Under the pieces are notes generated by a model. The model saw nothing but the letters and a program-made list of their open reading frames with translations. It searched no databases and was not told where the DNA came from. 64,000 nt of DNA from Oopsacas minuta (lineage: Eukaryota > Animalia > Porifera), in the NCBI GenBank assembly GCA_024704765.1, contig JAKMXF010000014.1, positions 35,242-99,241 of the forward strand, in the 5' to 3' direction. This document shows, piece by piece, positions 34,792 to 47,508 of the stretch. A program made the position numbers and the translations under genes. Numbering within the stretch: the stretch's first letter is position 1; each line of letters begins with the position of its first letter.

Positions 34792-37168
34792 TATCAAAAT
34801 ACAAAATTCAAGTTAGCATAAATCGGGCAAACACACTTTTATAAGTGTTCAATGATTGATATATTCCTATTAAAATTATGTTGTCTATTCAAATGTGTAT
34901 TTGGCGTGAAACCTTCTGATAGCAATGCGTCACTATCGCCAAAAATCTGAATAAAGTGTATTGGAAAATATGGGAAATAATACAAGCCTTACTACTTGTG
35001 TGAATTCGATAAGAATTATAGGAGTGCGGATAATAAAATTTAAACTTAGATAGATAGATTGAATAATGATGTCTTACACCAGCTGTGCTTTATAGGGGCA
35101 CTGGTAAAGCTTGTATCATTTGTTGATTGGGTCAACAGGAATATGCAAAGAGTCTTTAAGTCCCAGTAATCGAGTTAAAATTTCCTGGCGTCACGGGGCC
35201 TTATTTACTAACAAAATTATTGCTTAAAGTTAAGGGAAACTCACAATATTCTAATTAGGTATTATTAACACTAAAGTTTTGCTAAGGTTTGGCAATAGTA
35301 CAGTCGCTTAAGTAGAAAAAGCTGCATGAACATTCATTTTACTCATAACTTCACACTTTCTGAGGTTGTTCCTCAACACAAATCATTCAATTTTGGAAAA
35401 TACAGTGAAAAATCCGTTAGTGAACACCTCTAAACAGCGAAAAAATTTCGGTCCCGAGAGTGATTACTATAGTAAGGTTTGACTGTATATATTGTACTTC
35501 CATGGTAGCAGGAAACGCTCCGGTTGGTTAGGTTAACCAGTCAATATTTGTACTGCTATTAGGAATAATTAGTCAATCGGGCCAATTTGGGGACTCAATA
35601 TATTTTGTATAGGTCAGTCAACCTGACCAATTGAAATCTGCTTAACTCGCTTGACTACAGTAGATTCCGCTATTCTGTTTAGGACGTAGGTCCTGACTTG
35701 GATTTAATACTTTTATCGAATAACTTCAAGCCCTTTCAAAACTTATTCGTTTTCTCGGCTTACAACGACGTACCGTGTATAACGAAATAAAACCTGATTC
35801 CAGAGTACTTTGTTTTAACTTTTAACCAAAGTTGAATTTAATATAATTTGAATTTTGATATTTGAATTCACATCTAGGGAAGAATAATACAATTTAGACT
35901 CTGTAATTAAGAATATTACAGGACCCGCGATACCAGTTCGGTTGCTCCGGTTTAACCGGAGAACTTTCTGGTGCAGTGAGTACTGAGTTACTCTACTTTA
36001 TCACTTTGGATAATGAGTAGAAATTTTAACGATTCTTGCTATCCTTATTGACAATTGTATAGTAAGACATTCCAAAATGTCAATTGGCGCTGTAAGCATG
36101 CTAGCAGACTAATTGTTAATAAATCCTTACCAGTGCTCGACAAATCTGGTGGTTCGATGGCTATAGCCACCAGACTTTTTCCTTAAACCAATAAAAAATC
36201 ATGTAATTTGGCTTTGTTATGCGAAGTGGTAGCTATGTTAGCCACCACAGAATTTCAATTTTGTCGAGGGCTGCTACTTATATACACAGATGTGAAAATC
36301 ATGAGCTATCTAGTGATTCATATTGACACTAATCTAAAAATAGATGTCACAATCATTTTAAAGACTATGTATATACATTTTGATCTCTTCCTTTACTCAT
36401 ACTTGCAAACTGTCCCAATTTTAGGCAGGAATCCATGTTCGGATAAGTGTTGAGGCTATTGTCCCGCCAAAATTTGCAAAGAACTTTAATCGTCCCGCCT
36501 TTTTGTAGTCCTGTCTAATGCAAATATGCTACATACCGCGAGTTCCCGCTATTTTCTGAATAACTATTCATAGAAGTTTTAAGCTGGAAATTTCTTTGAA
36601 ACATGAATTAAGACAAAAATTAAACAAATAATGATTTGTAAAAATCTATAAATAGAATATGTGAATATAGAATTAATCATAAATTAGTTTTAATTTCGTT
36701 TGATTTGGAATTATAATTATTTGGTATTATTCATGTATCAAATAATATCAAAGCTCAGTCAGGGGTAATAACCACGAATTCAGTATACATATTAATTCTG
36801 TACAAATATGAGTCTCAAGGTAGACACTTTGTGTTACTCATGCTGATGAACTGACACTTCTAAGTGCGGGCCAATTGACAAACACTTAGATAAATCCTAG
36901 AGTCAAATACGTATGTAGTAATGTCAAAGCTTAGCCAGCACAGAACTGTTAGTATCAGCATGCACCATGAGTAAGGGTACCAATCATTCGAAAATTGCAT
37001 GTAAATGGAAAAAACATGTGTAATATGTTATTAATTAATGAAAAGAAGTATAAAAATTATAAATATTTGTATAAACTATAAAATGAGAAAATAAGAAAAT
37101 GAAAAATGAGTAATATACTAATTGGATAAAGCAAGATTATAGGAAATACACTCAAAGTAAGGAAAATG

Positions 37169-38368
37169 TTAATATTTCTGGAAACAGCCTTTATCTTCAA
37201 TGCCGCTATTCACACATATAATATTATCTGAGTTATCGAATACAATATCGTATAAGTAAGAGAGATGTCCTCTACCCAGAATATGTTTCATCACTCCTTG
37301 AGGTGAGAAGATACGGATATCGTTAGCAGTACTGTCTGTGATTAAGAAGTTCCCCTTCTTATCAATCGTGAAGAAGAGAGATGCTATCATTGGCTGTTGC
37401 TGTCCAGTCAGCTGTATAATATTCTGGAGAGTATAGTCTCTGTTGTAGCAGTAGATGGAGTTGTTGTTTTGAGATAGGATGTAGATTCTGTCAGAGAATA
37501 CTGTAATGTCTCTTGGAAGTTTGAGTTCTCCGGAGCCGAACTCTTTAATGAAGTTAAGATTAGAATCAAATATTCGAATTCTTTGTATACTACAATCACA
37601 GACATATATTAACCCAGCTTCATGACACAATCCTGAGATAGTTTTAAATCGTCCTGCTGTATTGCCTCTTGAGCCTGTTTCCTTTAGGAATTTTCCTGCT
37701 AGGCTAAACTTCAAAATAGACTCTTTAGCTCTATCAGTAACGAATACTTCCTCTTTCGACAGACATATACCGAATGGCTCCTTCAAGTGGTCAGTCCCAA
37801 AAGAGCGTATATAATTTCCTTCGGTATTCAACACTTGAATACGACTGTTGCCTTTGTCACAAATATACAATTCATTACTTGCTCAATCTACTGCCATTCC
37901 TCGGGGATTATTCAACTCTCCATTTCCATTACCCCTATTACAAACTTTAAGAATAGGGTTTTCCCTCCTCACGTATTCAGGAATGATTTCAAACAAATCT
38001 ATTTCATCCATGGTTTTACGAATTTTATCAGAGTAACAACGGAATTCAATAAATTCCAAGTTATCCACTTTTACCTTTTCAGCCATTTTCATTTCGATGT
38101 TTCTATCTAGTGTTTGTTTCATTATGTCTAGTAATCCTCCTACCAAGTTGCTAGTCATTGTAGTTAGATTTTGATCTTTGCATATTCTTAACTGTTTTAT
38201 TGCTTCCTCCAATTCTACATTCTTGTCGTGTCCTTCCTTCATTTTAGCGAGTCTAGACAGAAGACTATTTCTGCGATCTGACAGATATTGGTAAAGTTCA
38301 TCAAAAGTTCTTATTATTTCCATCTTCAGAGCTTCTAGCTTTTGATCGACATTGAAAACTGCAGCCAT
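37169..38368 (-). pseudogene. Divergent coiled-coil + NHL gene interrupted by one in-frame TGA
   Basis: ORF-track entries 37883-38368 and 37169-37870 are in the same frame: RGMAVD*ASNELYICDKGNSRIQV (TGA at 37885-37883); NHL motifs continue on both sides. Confidence 0.75.
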
Positions 38369-40687
38369 TTCTGTTCTAGAAATTCAAAATATTTGTGTGT
38401 ATATTTCTTGGGAAAATTATAAAATATGTCCAGCTAGCTGTCATTTCATTATTCGTACAATTTGTTTTCATTAAAACACGAATTAAACAACTTAGTTAAT
38501 AACCAAAACGTATGAAAATTCTTAGCAAATGCACTTGGAAGCAGGATGATGTAATCAGGCTTGTATCCAGGAGCGAAATTATAAAAAATTGTGTAGTTAA
38601 GAGCAAGAATATTTTGGGAGTTAGGCGCATGTCACACGCCAATTTTGGCCAATAATGTAATAATGGTAACAATCATAAAAGTCAATTGAAATGTATTATT
38701 GTTTATGAGATTAATCAGTTGAATTCATTAATATTGTAAAATTATTCAAAAGGTAAACTGTGTATAATTACAGGGAGGAAGCTTGATAAATGATAAGTAG
38801 GTTGAGTCCTAATACTACTGGTATTACACCTCTGGAATGTAGTATTAACCGTAGAATATGTAATGGATGTATGGTTTGATTAAAATTGAACTTTGATGTT
38901 TCCAAAATTCAAATAGTCTAGGCGCGTAAGTGAAATCGAGAACTCATTTAGACGCGCTACATATAAAACCTGGAAGAACCCTGGATGAATATCCAAGTGA
39001 CAAGCCTAAGATATACGATGTTTGTATTTACGTATGTAATATCAAATTATCAAGTGTGAATTAATTAAGTAATTAAATACAAAATTACAAACAATCAAAG
39101 GTAACAAACTCACGAAAAATATGTTGTTGATATCAACTTTTGCAATTTGTTGTTGTTGATAGTGTTGAAATGTTGTTGCGTTGTTGATTGATAATATATC
39201 GTGTGAATTATCAAATCATCTACAGACTATATCTTAGCTATGTGGTTATACAATAATACTTTCACTATCATATTTCAATTCATTTACTGTGTTGATTACT
39301 ATTACTTGTATAGTGGCTCAGTTCTAACAGAACTTTGTACACTCAATGCCGGTTATAAGAACATCGCCGGGAACTGGACATAATGTTCTTATATCCGATA
39401 AAATTCAATGGAGTAAGATACAAAAGATTCGGTAAATCGAGTTATGGTTCGTATAACCGGTGTTCTGTATATTTGGTTGTTTTTGCACTTTTAAATATTT
39501 GTGTTGAGTCTATTGTGCTATTCAACACGGGTATGTTCAGGGATAGCGGTAAGTGAATTTCAAACCACAAAATAGCTCTTTTACAGATATAATTAAATCC
39601 AAATTGAAATCAGTAAGTATGCAGAATTGTAGATAATGTACGTAGCTTTCTTTTGATTATGAATAATGTAAATAATTCATAAGTGGATTACTTTTCAAAT
39701 ATTTCCTGAATTATTCACATTTTCTTCACAAAATTATGAAGTCGAAAAGTTCTACAATTCCACTCTATAAGCTATTTATTCTAGAAAAACAACTTCTAAC
39801 ACAGTTTCTGGCATAGAATTAGCATTACAAATTGAAAGATTTGTAAATCATTGTAGGCTCGATTAATCATAAAAAACCAAACTAGCTGAAAAATGGAGAA
39901 ATAAATATATTTTGAATAATTAATGAATGAATTAACAGTTAAAACATTGAGATGAGAATCTATATTTCGTGTGTGAGATAGGTCTAAGATGTATTGAATT
40001 TCAACAAATACGCTACACATCCTCTCTTATACGGACAGTTCCGACTGAAAGGTACCCTGAACTTAGAATATGCCAAATCTAATAAATTACCATAACTCAA
40101 TTGTAGTCACAACTCATGCGTTTCTATCAAAATTATAATTGTCCTTGTGAATTGCTTAAGTTGATCGAGATATGTTGAATTAATTTTGGACTGACACAAA
40201 AGGTGCCATCTTGAGGGAGAAGCCCGGACCTTGTAGACTAGATCTCCGATGTTCGACTGTAATTTTAACCAAAAGGGAGAACTTCCAGTAGAAGATGGAG
40301 AGTTTAACATAAATGTTTATTTATTATTCGTATAACTTATTTTCTAATTCCTTTTAAATGAACTAATATTTCCCCAAAAACACGAGTAATTCTTGACAAT
40401 ATTTTATCCTGAGAGTTTGAGCAAGTTCTATCCTCTAATTTACTCAAAATGAAATACTTTCATAAACAACAATGAAAATGAAATTAGACTTTCTAGTTAT
40501 TACAAGAAATACGAAATATAAATAAGCATTTTAGTATAATATTGAAACCGAAATCTAAATAAAAAGTAATTAAAAGAATTATAAGCAATAATATTTATAC
40601 TATACTCATCTACGTATGGATACAACCCACTATCTCACCAGTATATATAGCAGATTATTGACAGTGAAGTATATACAGCACAATTAA

Positions 40688-41746
40688 ATGGCTTATTATA
40701 GAAAGAATTATTCAGAAATTTCATCTTACCCAGCAAGTTCAGTAGCGTTAAAACAACAATTCAAAGAACAACTTGGTTTTTCGATCACTTCCATCCCTTC
40801 GAAAGATGTAACAGAAGCAATTAATCTATTCACAGAAGATTTGTCTAGTTTCTGTCAGGTAGCTGCTAAAGAACTCACAACTCTTATAAACTTGGCTATA
40901 TCCACGTGCAAAGCTACTCTTCCGGCTCCCTCCGGCAATACAAAACAAGTATGTCTTAAACTGCAGTTCCTCCCTAGCTCCTTCTCCTTCTCTTCTTCAC
41001 ATTCCATCGCTAGTAATACTTCTATACAGTCCAGTTTGTTCAGGCGTGATCAGCTGACTCTGCACGTGTCCAAGCTGATGAAGTTAGCCAGTGGATTACC
41101 TAAACATATAATCTACAAGAACGTTAGTATAAGCGCAGTTAAATGGGAGTATTGTACAGTGTTTGTGAACGTAGCATTGCCTGTGTTGCTGGGCTGTCTT
41201 GCTGTGAGAGGATATACATTCTCTCCCAAATGGAACGATACTGTCTACGAGAAACTGTTCAAGCATGCTCTTATCACTACAAGCTACAAACACGACAAGA
41301 TTGATCAAAGAATAAACGAATTGACTAACAAAAATGAATCTAGTGTGGGGATTAAACGAAACGTAACAAGGTCTAAACTGAGTTTGCCTACTGATCGTTC
41401 AGAAAGACTTTTCGTTGACGCAAAGCGTTCCATGAGTGTGAATATGACACAAGAACCCGCTGATTACACTGATAATGAACTATCGAACTTCAGTAAGAAG
41501 AATCTAACCATCTTACAGGGTGATGGAGCAGGATCTACATATCAAAACCCACAGAATGGTAGCAATATGGCTCTGATCGGTATGATGGAAATGCTAGGGT
41601 TTTCTATCAATAAAGAATCAATGAGAGTGAGAGAATCTCTGAAAGCAACTCTCTCTCTGCAAGAAGGAGAAGGATTAGAGTTCTGTTTAAAGTTCATTCA
41701 AAACTGCAAAAATGAACTACCAAAAAGAAAGGTCTCATCTGTATAA
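40688..41746 (+). CDS. Uncharacterised 352-aa protein, possible C-terminal UBA-like motif
   Basis: Long ORF with ATG start and a composition like neighbouring coding sequence; C-terminal MMEMLGFS...LEFCLKFI loosely resembles UBA; no family recognised. Confidence 0.55.
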   Translation: MAYYRKNYSEISSYPASSVALKQQFKEQLGFSITSIPSKDVTEAINLFTEDLSSFCQVAAKELTTLINLAISTCKATLPAPSGNTKQVCLKLQFLPSSFSFSSSHSIASNTSIQSSLFRRDQLTLHVSKLMKLASGLPKHIIYKNVSISAVKWEYCTVFVNVALPVLLGCLAVRGYTFSPKWNDTVYEKLFKHALITTSYKHDKIDQRINELTNKNESSVGIKRNVTRSKLSLPTDRSERLFVDAKRSMSVNMTQEPADYTDNELSNFSKKNLTILQGDGAGSTYQNPQNGSNMALIGMMEMLGFSINKESMRVRESLKATLSLQEGEGLEFCLKFIQNCKNELPKRKVSSV

Positions 41747-43369
41747 TAATTTAGTATTTTCGCCACTGCTTTATTTTAATTATATATTTACGCGCATTTG
41801 CTTTATAAATAAACACAATAGCTCAACTTTATCTATAATATTAAGATTATATTTAGATAATATTCAAGTACTATGGCCATACATACACTCTTCTATTAGT
41901 CTCTATGGAGAGAGAGAGAGAGAGTAGAATTATTTGTAGACCCATTGCCTCACCAACCCCACCCTCATTCACCCATTTATGAAGGCCAACAGTGGACCGA
42001 CGAAATTCCTACTCCTTATTACGTTTGAATAGGATTATCAAGTGTATATTAATCCCATTTTAGACTAGTTTGTTACCCATACTCGTATTGTATAAGTTCA
42101 ATCGTAGTTCAGTTAATTATGTAAAGATTCTAGGAATATGATGAGAGACATCCTTACAACCAACACATGATACTTATACTCCTAAACTTGTCCATATATA
42201 CAATACAGTATCTATCTACATCAAGGTACTTCCTCAGGAAGATAGAAAAGATTATTACGGATCAGATAATATTACCTATAATGACATCCTATTATTTCTG
42301 AAGTATTATACTAATAAATACACACGAGGATACACATGTTACTTATGAGTAATGTATTTCCATGAGTAGGCGTCCCAACATGAATTATTTTCATTTCAAA
42401 AACAAACCTACGCAGATGTATTAATTGGACAAATCTCTACATCGAATTACTGATCAGATTATAAATAAATTTTCGCAAAATTTCCCGTCTCTCATGTAAT
42501 TGGAGCCTCTTAAATATATTAATTTTGTTCTAAAAGGTTATTCTTACAACACATAGTTTCTACATCATTTAGGCGTTCAATCATGAGTCATATCAACCTG
42601 GCCTTATCTATGTATGAAGCATTTTCAGTATTGCAATATTACATCATTATGAAACATAAAATAATAGTTTGTTACTCGTATCAAGTATGTCATAAAGAAA
42701 GTATAACAGAAGCTGTTAATATTGCCATATCGAATATACGTATACCAAGTCATTCAATTGTTATTAGGTAAATGTATTATGCTGTAGTTATTCTAGTGGA
42801 AATCATGGTTATATCAGGTGAAATTTGGTTAGAAAGATATGAACGTGTATGATCCACCATCATAAGATTTATAGTTACCGATCTGTCGTAAGAACTATGA
42901 TAGTAATATTTAATCTTAATTCGTAACAATAGGAGGCCTATTGATTGAAATATATGGATACGGACCTGTTGCTGTACCAAAATCTTTTAGCTTCCGCCTT
43001 TCCTGTGATTGATAGTCATAGGATATTTTCTACAAATATCTCTATTAAAATAGTCATATAATTCATGAATCAAAATAAGAATTAAGAAAACGTAGCCTAT
43101 CACACATTTATATAGTGGAAGTAATACTGCAGAAAATCTATGCAAAAAATATAATTGAAGTTGGATATTTGGCTTGTCGGCAGGACGTGACTTTGTAGTA
43201 TTACGTACCAATCCTATGGCTTGGATATAATACTCAAATATGTTTAAAATTTAGAAAGCTAGTTAAAAGTGTGGTAGTATACGCATATACTATAGTACAC
43301 TAGAACTCAGAATAGAAGTACTCATTTTTATTCCCGAGGGGCACATCTTATCTGAGTTCTACAATATAT

Positions 43370-43535
43370 AGTAGAATTCGGATAAGAGGTAGCTTCGGTT
43401 AGTAGGTATTTTCTCAAAAACTGATCTTCAATTTTGTACTAATTGTATAGGAAAAATATTCGGACAAGACGTACATCGGTTAGTACGTACTATTTTTGTT
43501 TCCCAAGGGATATGTCTTATCCGAGTTCTACTGTA
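43370..43535. mobile_element. Degenerate copy of the 30334 MITE family
   Basis: gtagaattcggataagag ... tgtcttatccgagttctactgta; an adjacent shorter derivative at about 43300-43360. Confidence 0.6.
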
Positions 43536-44860
43536 CCTAGTTAGAAAGTATATAACCCAAATATTTTGCCTACAGTAGAAATGACGTATTTCATGTATAT
43601 TTGAGAACACTACTAAGCCTTCTAGGAGAACTATATCTTGATAAATGGGTGAGTTGAGAGTAGACATAATATTGAGATGAATAACGGACATCATAGATTG
43701 AATATTTCTACAGTGTATGAATCATCAAAATCAAAAGAATTGATTTGTCCTCCTGAATAAATACACATTTCCTAATTTAGACAATTCTTTATAGTTATAT
43801 TAATTAATGATTCATAAATAAGATATATTATTCATAAAAGCAGCATTGCTTCCAACGCAGCTTGCAAAACGCTTAGTATCAGGCCAAGGCCCCCTCTTGA
43901 CACTCCTTATTTAGCAATTATGCTATCATCACATGCATGATCGTAGATTGAGTTATTAGAAGATTTGATTACAATATAATTTTATTCCCCTAAGCAAATC
44001 TAGCCTCATGTAAGCATTAAGAATGAAAACAAACCTCAATGTAACTTTACGTTTAAAATATACTGAGCAAACACTGATGGGCTACAAAGTGAGCCAATAA
44101 ATAATGATGTAGAAATATTCAGTAGATGTCGGATATAAGAACATTGTGGTCAGTTCCCGACGATGTTCTTATAACCAGCATTGATTGTATTAAGATTGTC
44201 TGCCAATAATGCACTACTACACACAGAAGATTCAAATATCAGACTATGGAAGAGTGCAATTATCAGCTTTAAGGTTCATATCTCACTTACATTAGTAAAA
44301 TTGTATAATGATGCATTTTTCACTTCACCCAATAAACTGACGTAAGATGTAGAGGTGTTGTTTGCCTATCCACTAACTGTATGTTTGAGATGCTTTCACA
44401 TAATACTTTGCTATTGTACAAGGACTATTACACATTTATTCAGCTGAGTTATTTACTTAAGCAAAAAATCAACTTGCATTTACCAGTACAGCATATACGT
44501 ACTCTATCACAATGTTGATGTATCAGCATTACATAAGAGCTCCTCATTTTTTGAGCGCGCTCCTGGCCTGAAAAGGGAGCGGTGCCCCAACCTCCGCTCC
44601 TCACATAGAAAAGGACCGCAGTCCGGCTCCCGCTCCTTTCATACTCTGTGCATCACAAAAAGGCATAACTTCAGATCGTACAATTTCAAAATTTTATCGA
44701 AATATCAGAAATACGTACGAGAAGGAATATCAGTATCATTAAGTGTAGTTATGAAAGTATAATATCGGTATCTGTAGAATAGCATTTCAACAGATACTGA
44801 TATTAGTTGGGGAAAATAGTCAAGAAGTAAGCTAAAAATAATTGGTATTATTGCAAATAC

Positions 44861-45483
44861 TTATGATATTCTGCTCACATTCCATTTCTGCATCTCTTCA
44901 TTCCATTTATATTGAATTCTCTCTGCCATCATCAGCGAGTTAGATTGATAGAATTCGAATAGAGTAGGCTTCAGGGTGTACATCACCTGATCTTTTGGTC
45001 TTGGAATAGGTTTACCGGTGTATGCCATTATCAATTCCCTCCTCTTCTCGAATAACTCCTGTCTAGTTAATTCTTGATCCTTTTTGGATTCCACAGGCGT
45101 GACAGCGCATAATTGAAGCTCAATACCTATGTTTCCCAACATTTATCACTTAGTTCCTCAGTTAGTTCTACCCTTCCTTGTATCCGTATTTGTTGTTGGA
45201 ATGGTTCCCAATAGAAGCAACAAGAAGCTAAAGGATTTTCTCTTAATTCCACTGCCTTTTGACTTAGTCTGCTAGTAAAGAAAGACAATCCTTCATTTGA
45301 GAAAAGTCTCATAATTAACATTCTACAAGAAGAATGTCCATCCGAAGTAGAAGTAGCGAAACAGAATGCATCTGCTGTTTTTATGTCAGAATGAGATTTG
45401 GCTTTTGTGTGCCAATCTTTGAAGAGCTCGAAAGGATCACTTACTAAGGAAATAGCTTCATATACACTTGAGTTATCTGCCAT
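44861..45483 (-). pseudogene. PNPO: Pyridoxine/pyridoxamine 5'-phosphate oxidase-like gene with a 1-nt frameshift
   Basis: N-half DPFELFKDW, ATSTSDG..SCRML, FFTS..SQKA.EL.ENP.AS.CFYW...QQIRIQGRVE; C-half in the -1 frame with PRP, FEFYQ, R..Y, W...R; junction at about 45127-45135. Confidence 0.75.
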
Positions 45484-46239
45484 TCTGCTTATAAAAGATC
45501 AAAATATTTTATCCCATCATATTGCATTGGATTTGGCAAAACATAGACTCGTGAGTGATGCTAGTTGACCAAGGGCGGCGGAAGCACGGGGCTAGGAGGG
45601 CTATAGCCCCCTACTTTTGAGTCATAGAGTACATATGTCGCCCAAATGCTAACTCATTGTCGAATTATTACGTTATCATTACTGTACAAAAAATCAAGAA
45701 TTTCTTAATACTCGATGTTAGTGGTAATTACGTATATTGAAATGACGGAAAATTTGAAGAATCAAATTAAATTTTTCAATTTCTGGTAATCTACAGTCGA
45801 ACAAGTAAATGCAGGGGTGGGATGGATCCAAAAGAATTCACATACCCCAAGCTAAGAAATTGTATTCCGAAAAAGACCACTTCAATTATTCCGGATGGGT
45901 CCATATAGGTCCATCAGTTGTTGGCTACTTGTAAGGAAGATTTTCATTGGTAAATTCGAAACATATTAGTGTATTTTATGAAATCATCTTCCCCCACTAA
46001 CCAATATATTCAGAACAAGGCGAATGAATCTATGGAAGAGTACCTAAATCATAACAATACAATCATGTCAACAGTTTGGGGATTATTAGCATGGCAATAT
46101 GGCTAGAAACAGATACATGTTATTACGTTAATGATGGTTGGGATAAATTCTCAAATTTGTATGCTTATTCATCTCAAATTACTATTAAATATATAAGTGC
46201 ATTCTTATTTCAAAATGATCAAATTCGACTGACAAAGAA

Positions 46240-47508
46240 ATGGCTAGCGTAGCAGTGAAGAGAAACTTCATTGAACAAATAAAAGAGAGTAGAAGGAAGA
46301 TTAGAGACTGCTTCAAGAGGTCACATGAAGCTCTACAACTCAGAGAGAGTAGCCTCCTCTCTCGTATTGATCAAATAGAGAAAGATTATAATAGAAAAAC
46401 TCAAGAAATGCAAGAGTTATTGGAAGTTTTGAATAAATCAAAATCGTTTAATACAGACACTTTGACTTCTAATAAACTTAAAGCTACTCATCAAGGAATA
46501 GAATCACTAATAAATAAACAAATCGAGGAACTATCAGTCAATACAGACAGCAGTATTGTGTTTGAATGGAACAATCAATTCGAAGCTGACATAGAACAGC
46601 TAGGGAGTATTAAGCTTAACGGTCAGATTATCATATCTCCCACCCGCATCTTCCCTCCTCAAGTGAAGCCTGTTGTATCTAACTACAAGGCTAAACAGCT
46701 GCCTACTGCTTACTGCTGTAAGAATTCAGGCAAGAAAGCTCCAGGAGAACTGAACTGTCCCAGAGGTATAGCAATACATTACCAAACTGGAAACATATAC
46801 ATAGCGGATCGTAACAACAATCGTGTACAAGTATTTAGCTGTAACGGGGACTATCTCTTCATGTTCAGTGAGAAGATGAACAAACCTATATGTATCTGTA
46901 TATCTGAAAATGAAGTGTTTGTTACACAATGTGATGGTCATTGCATTAATAAGTACGAGCTAGAAGGGGAACTAATTAAGAGTGTTGGTTGTGAAGGGAA
47001 TGGAGAAGCTCAGTTCTACAATCCACGGGGTCTAGATCTCTCTGATAGAAATAGCACTGTGTATGTATGTGATTATAATAATAACCGAGTTCAAATCTTA
47101 ACTGAAGAACTCAAGTTCCATTCCATGCTAGGAATAGACTTGTTTAATCATCCACGTGACGTTAAGGTTACAAGAGACAGAGTATTGGTGCTAGATAAGA
47201 GTGATCCGTGTATGTTTGTGTTCAATTCAGATCACGTTCTAACCAACAGACTGATAACTAGAGGTGATGGCAAACAAACAAACGTGCCACTCTCTTTCGA
47301 CATAGACAAAGACTATAACATCATTATGAGTGACTTCTATAATCACTGTGTGTACGTATTCAATCAGGAGGGAAAACAGATACACAAGTTTGGGAAGAAA
47401 GGTCAGCGTATCGGGGAGTTCTATCTTCCTTACGGGATAGCGCTAGACAACACAGGACACATTATAGTTGTGTGTGAGAAGAATATTAATTGTCTACAAT
47501 TCTTCTAA
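46240..47508 (+). CDS. Coiled-coil + NHL-repeat protein, paralog D, single exon, 422 aa
   Basis: Intact ORF, highly similar to paralogs A-C. Confidence 0.9.
   Translation: MASVAVKRNFIEQIKESRRKIRDCFKRSHEALQLRESSLLSRIDQIEKDYNRKTQEMQELLEVLNKSKSFNTDTLTSNKLKATHQGIESLINKQIEELSVNTDSSIVFEWNNQFEADIEQLGSIKLNGQIIISPTRIFPPQVKPVVSNYKAKQLPTAYCCKNSGKKAPGELNCPRGIAIHYQTGNIYIADRNNNRVQVFSCNGDYLFMFSEKMNKPICICISENEVFVTQCDGHCINKYELEGELIKSVGCEGNGEAQFYNPRGLDLSDRNSTVYVCDYNNNRVQILTEELKFHSMLGIDLFNHPRDVKVTRDRVLVLDKSDPCMFVFNSDHVLTNRLITRGDGKQTNVPLSFDIDKDYNIIMSDFYNHCVYVFNQEGKQIHKFGKKGQRIGEFYLPYGIALDNTGHIIVVCEKNINCLQFF

Noticed and set aside
37883-37885. TGA as selenocysteine
   Set aside because: The aligned position in other NHL blades is not Cys, and I could not identify a SECIS-like hairpin downstream by eye.
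41908-41923. (GA)n tract
   Set aside because: An ordinary short microsatellite with no further structure.
45127-45140. GGGAAAC as a programmed -1 frameshift site in PNPO
   Set aside because: The heptamer is present, but its G GGA AAC register belongs to the downstream frame, not the incoming frame (TGG GAA ACA), so it does not fit canonical tandem slippage.
45127-45149. A 23-nt GT-AG micro-intron repairing the PNPO frame
   Set aside because: The arithmetic works, but it is far shorter than other introns here (the shortest I modelled is 73 nt) and would delete residues that align to a conserved helix.
11546-47508. Prokaryotic contamination or a bacterial island, suggested by the many intronless genes
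   Set aside because: The genes are eukaryotic families (actin, SMYD, CRAT with PTS1), show no operon spacing or ribosome-binding-site pattern, and are interleaved with spliced genes and shared repeats.
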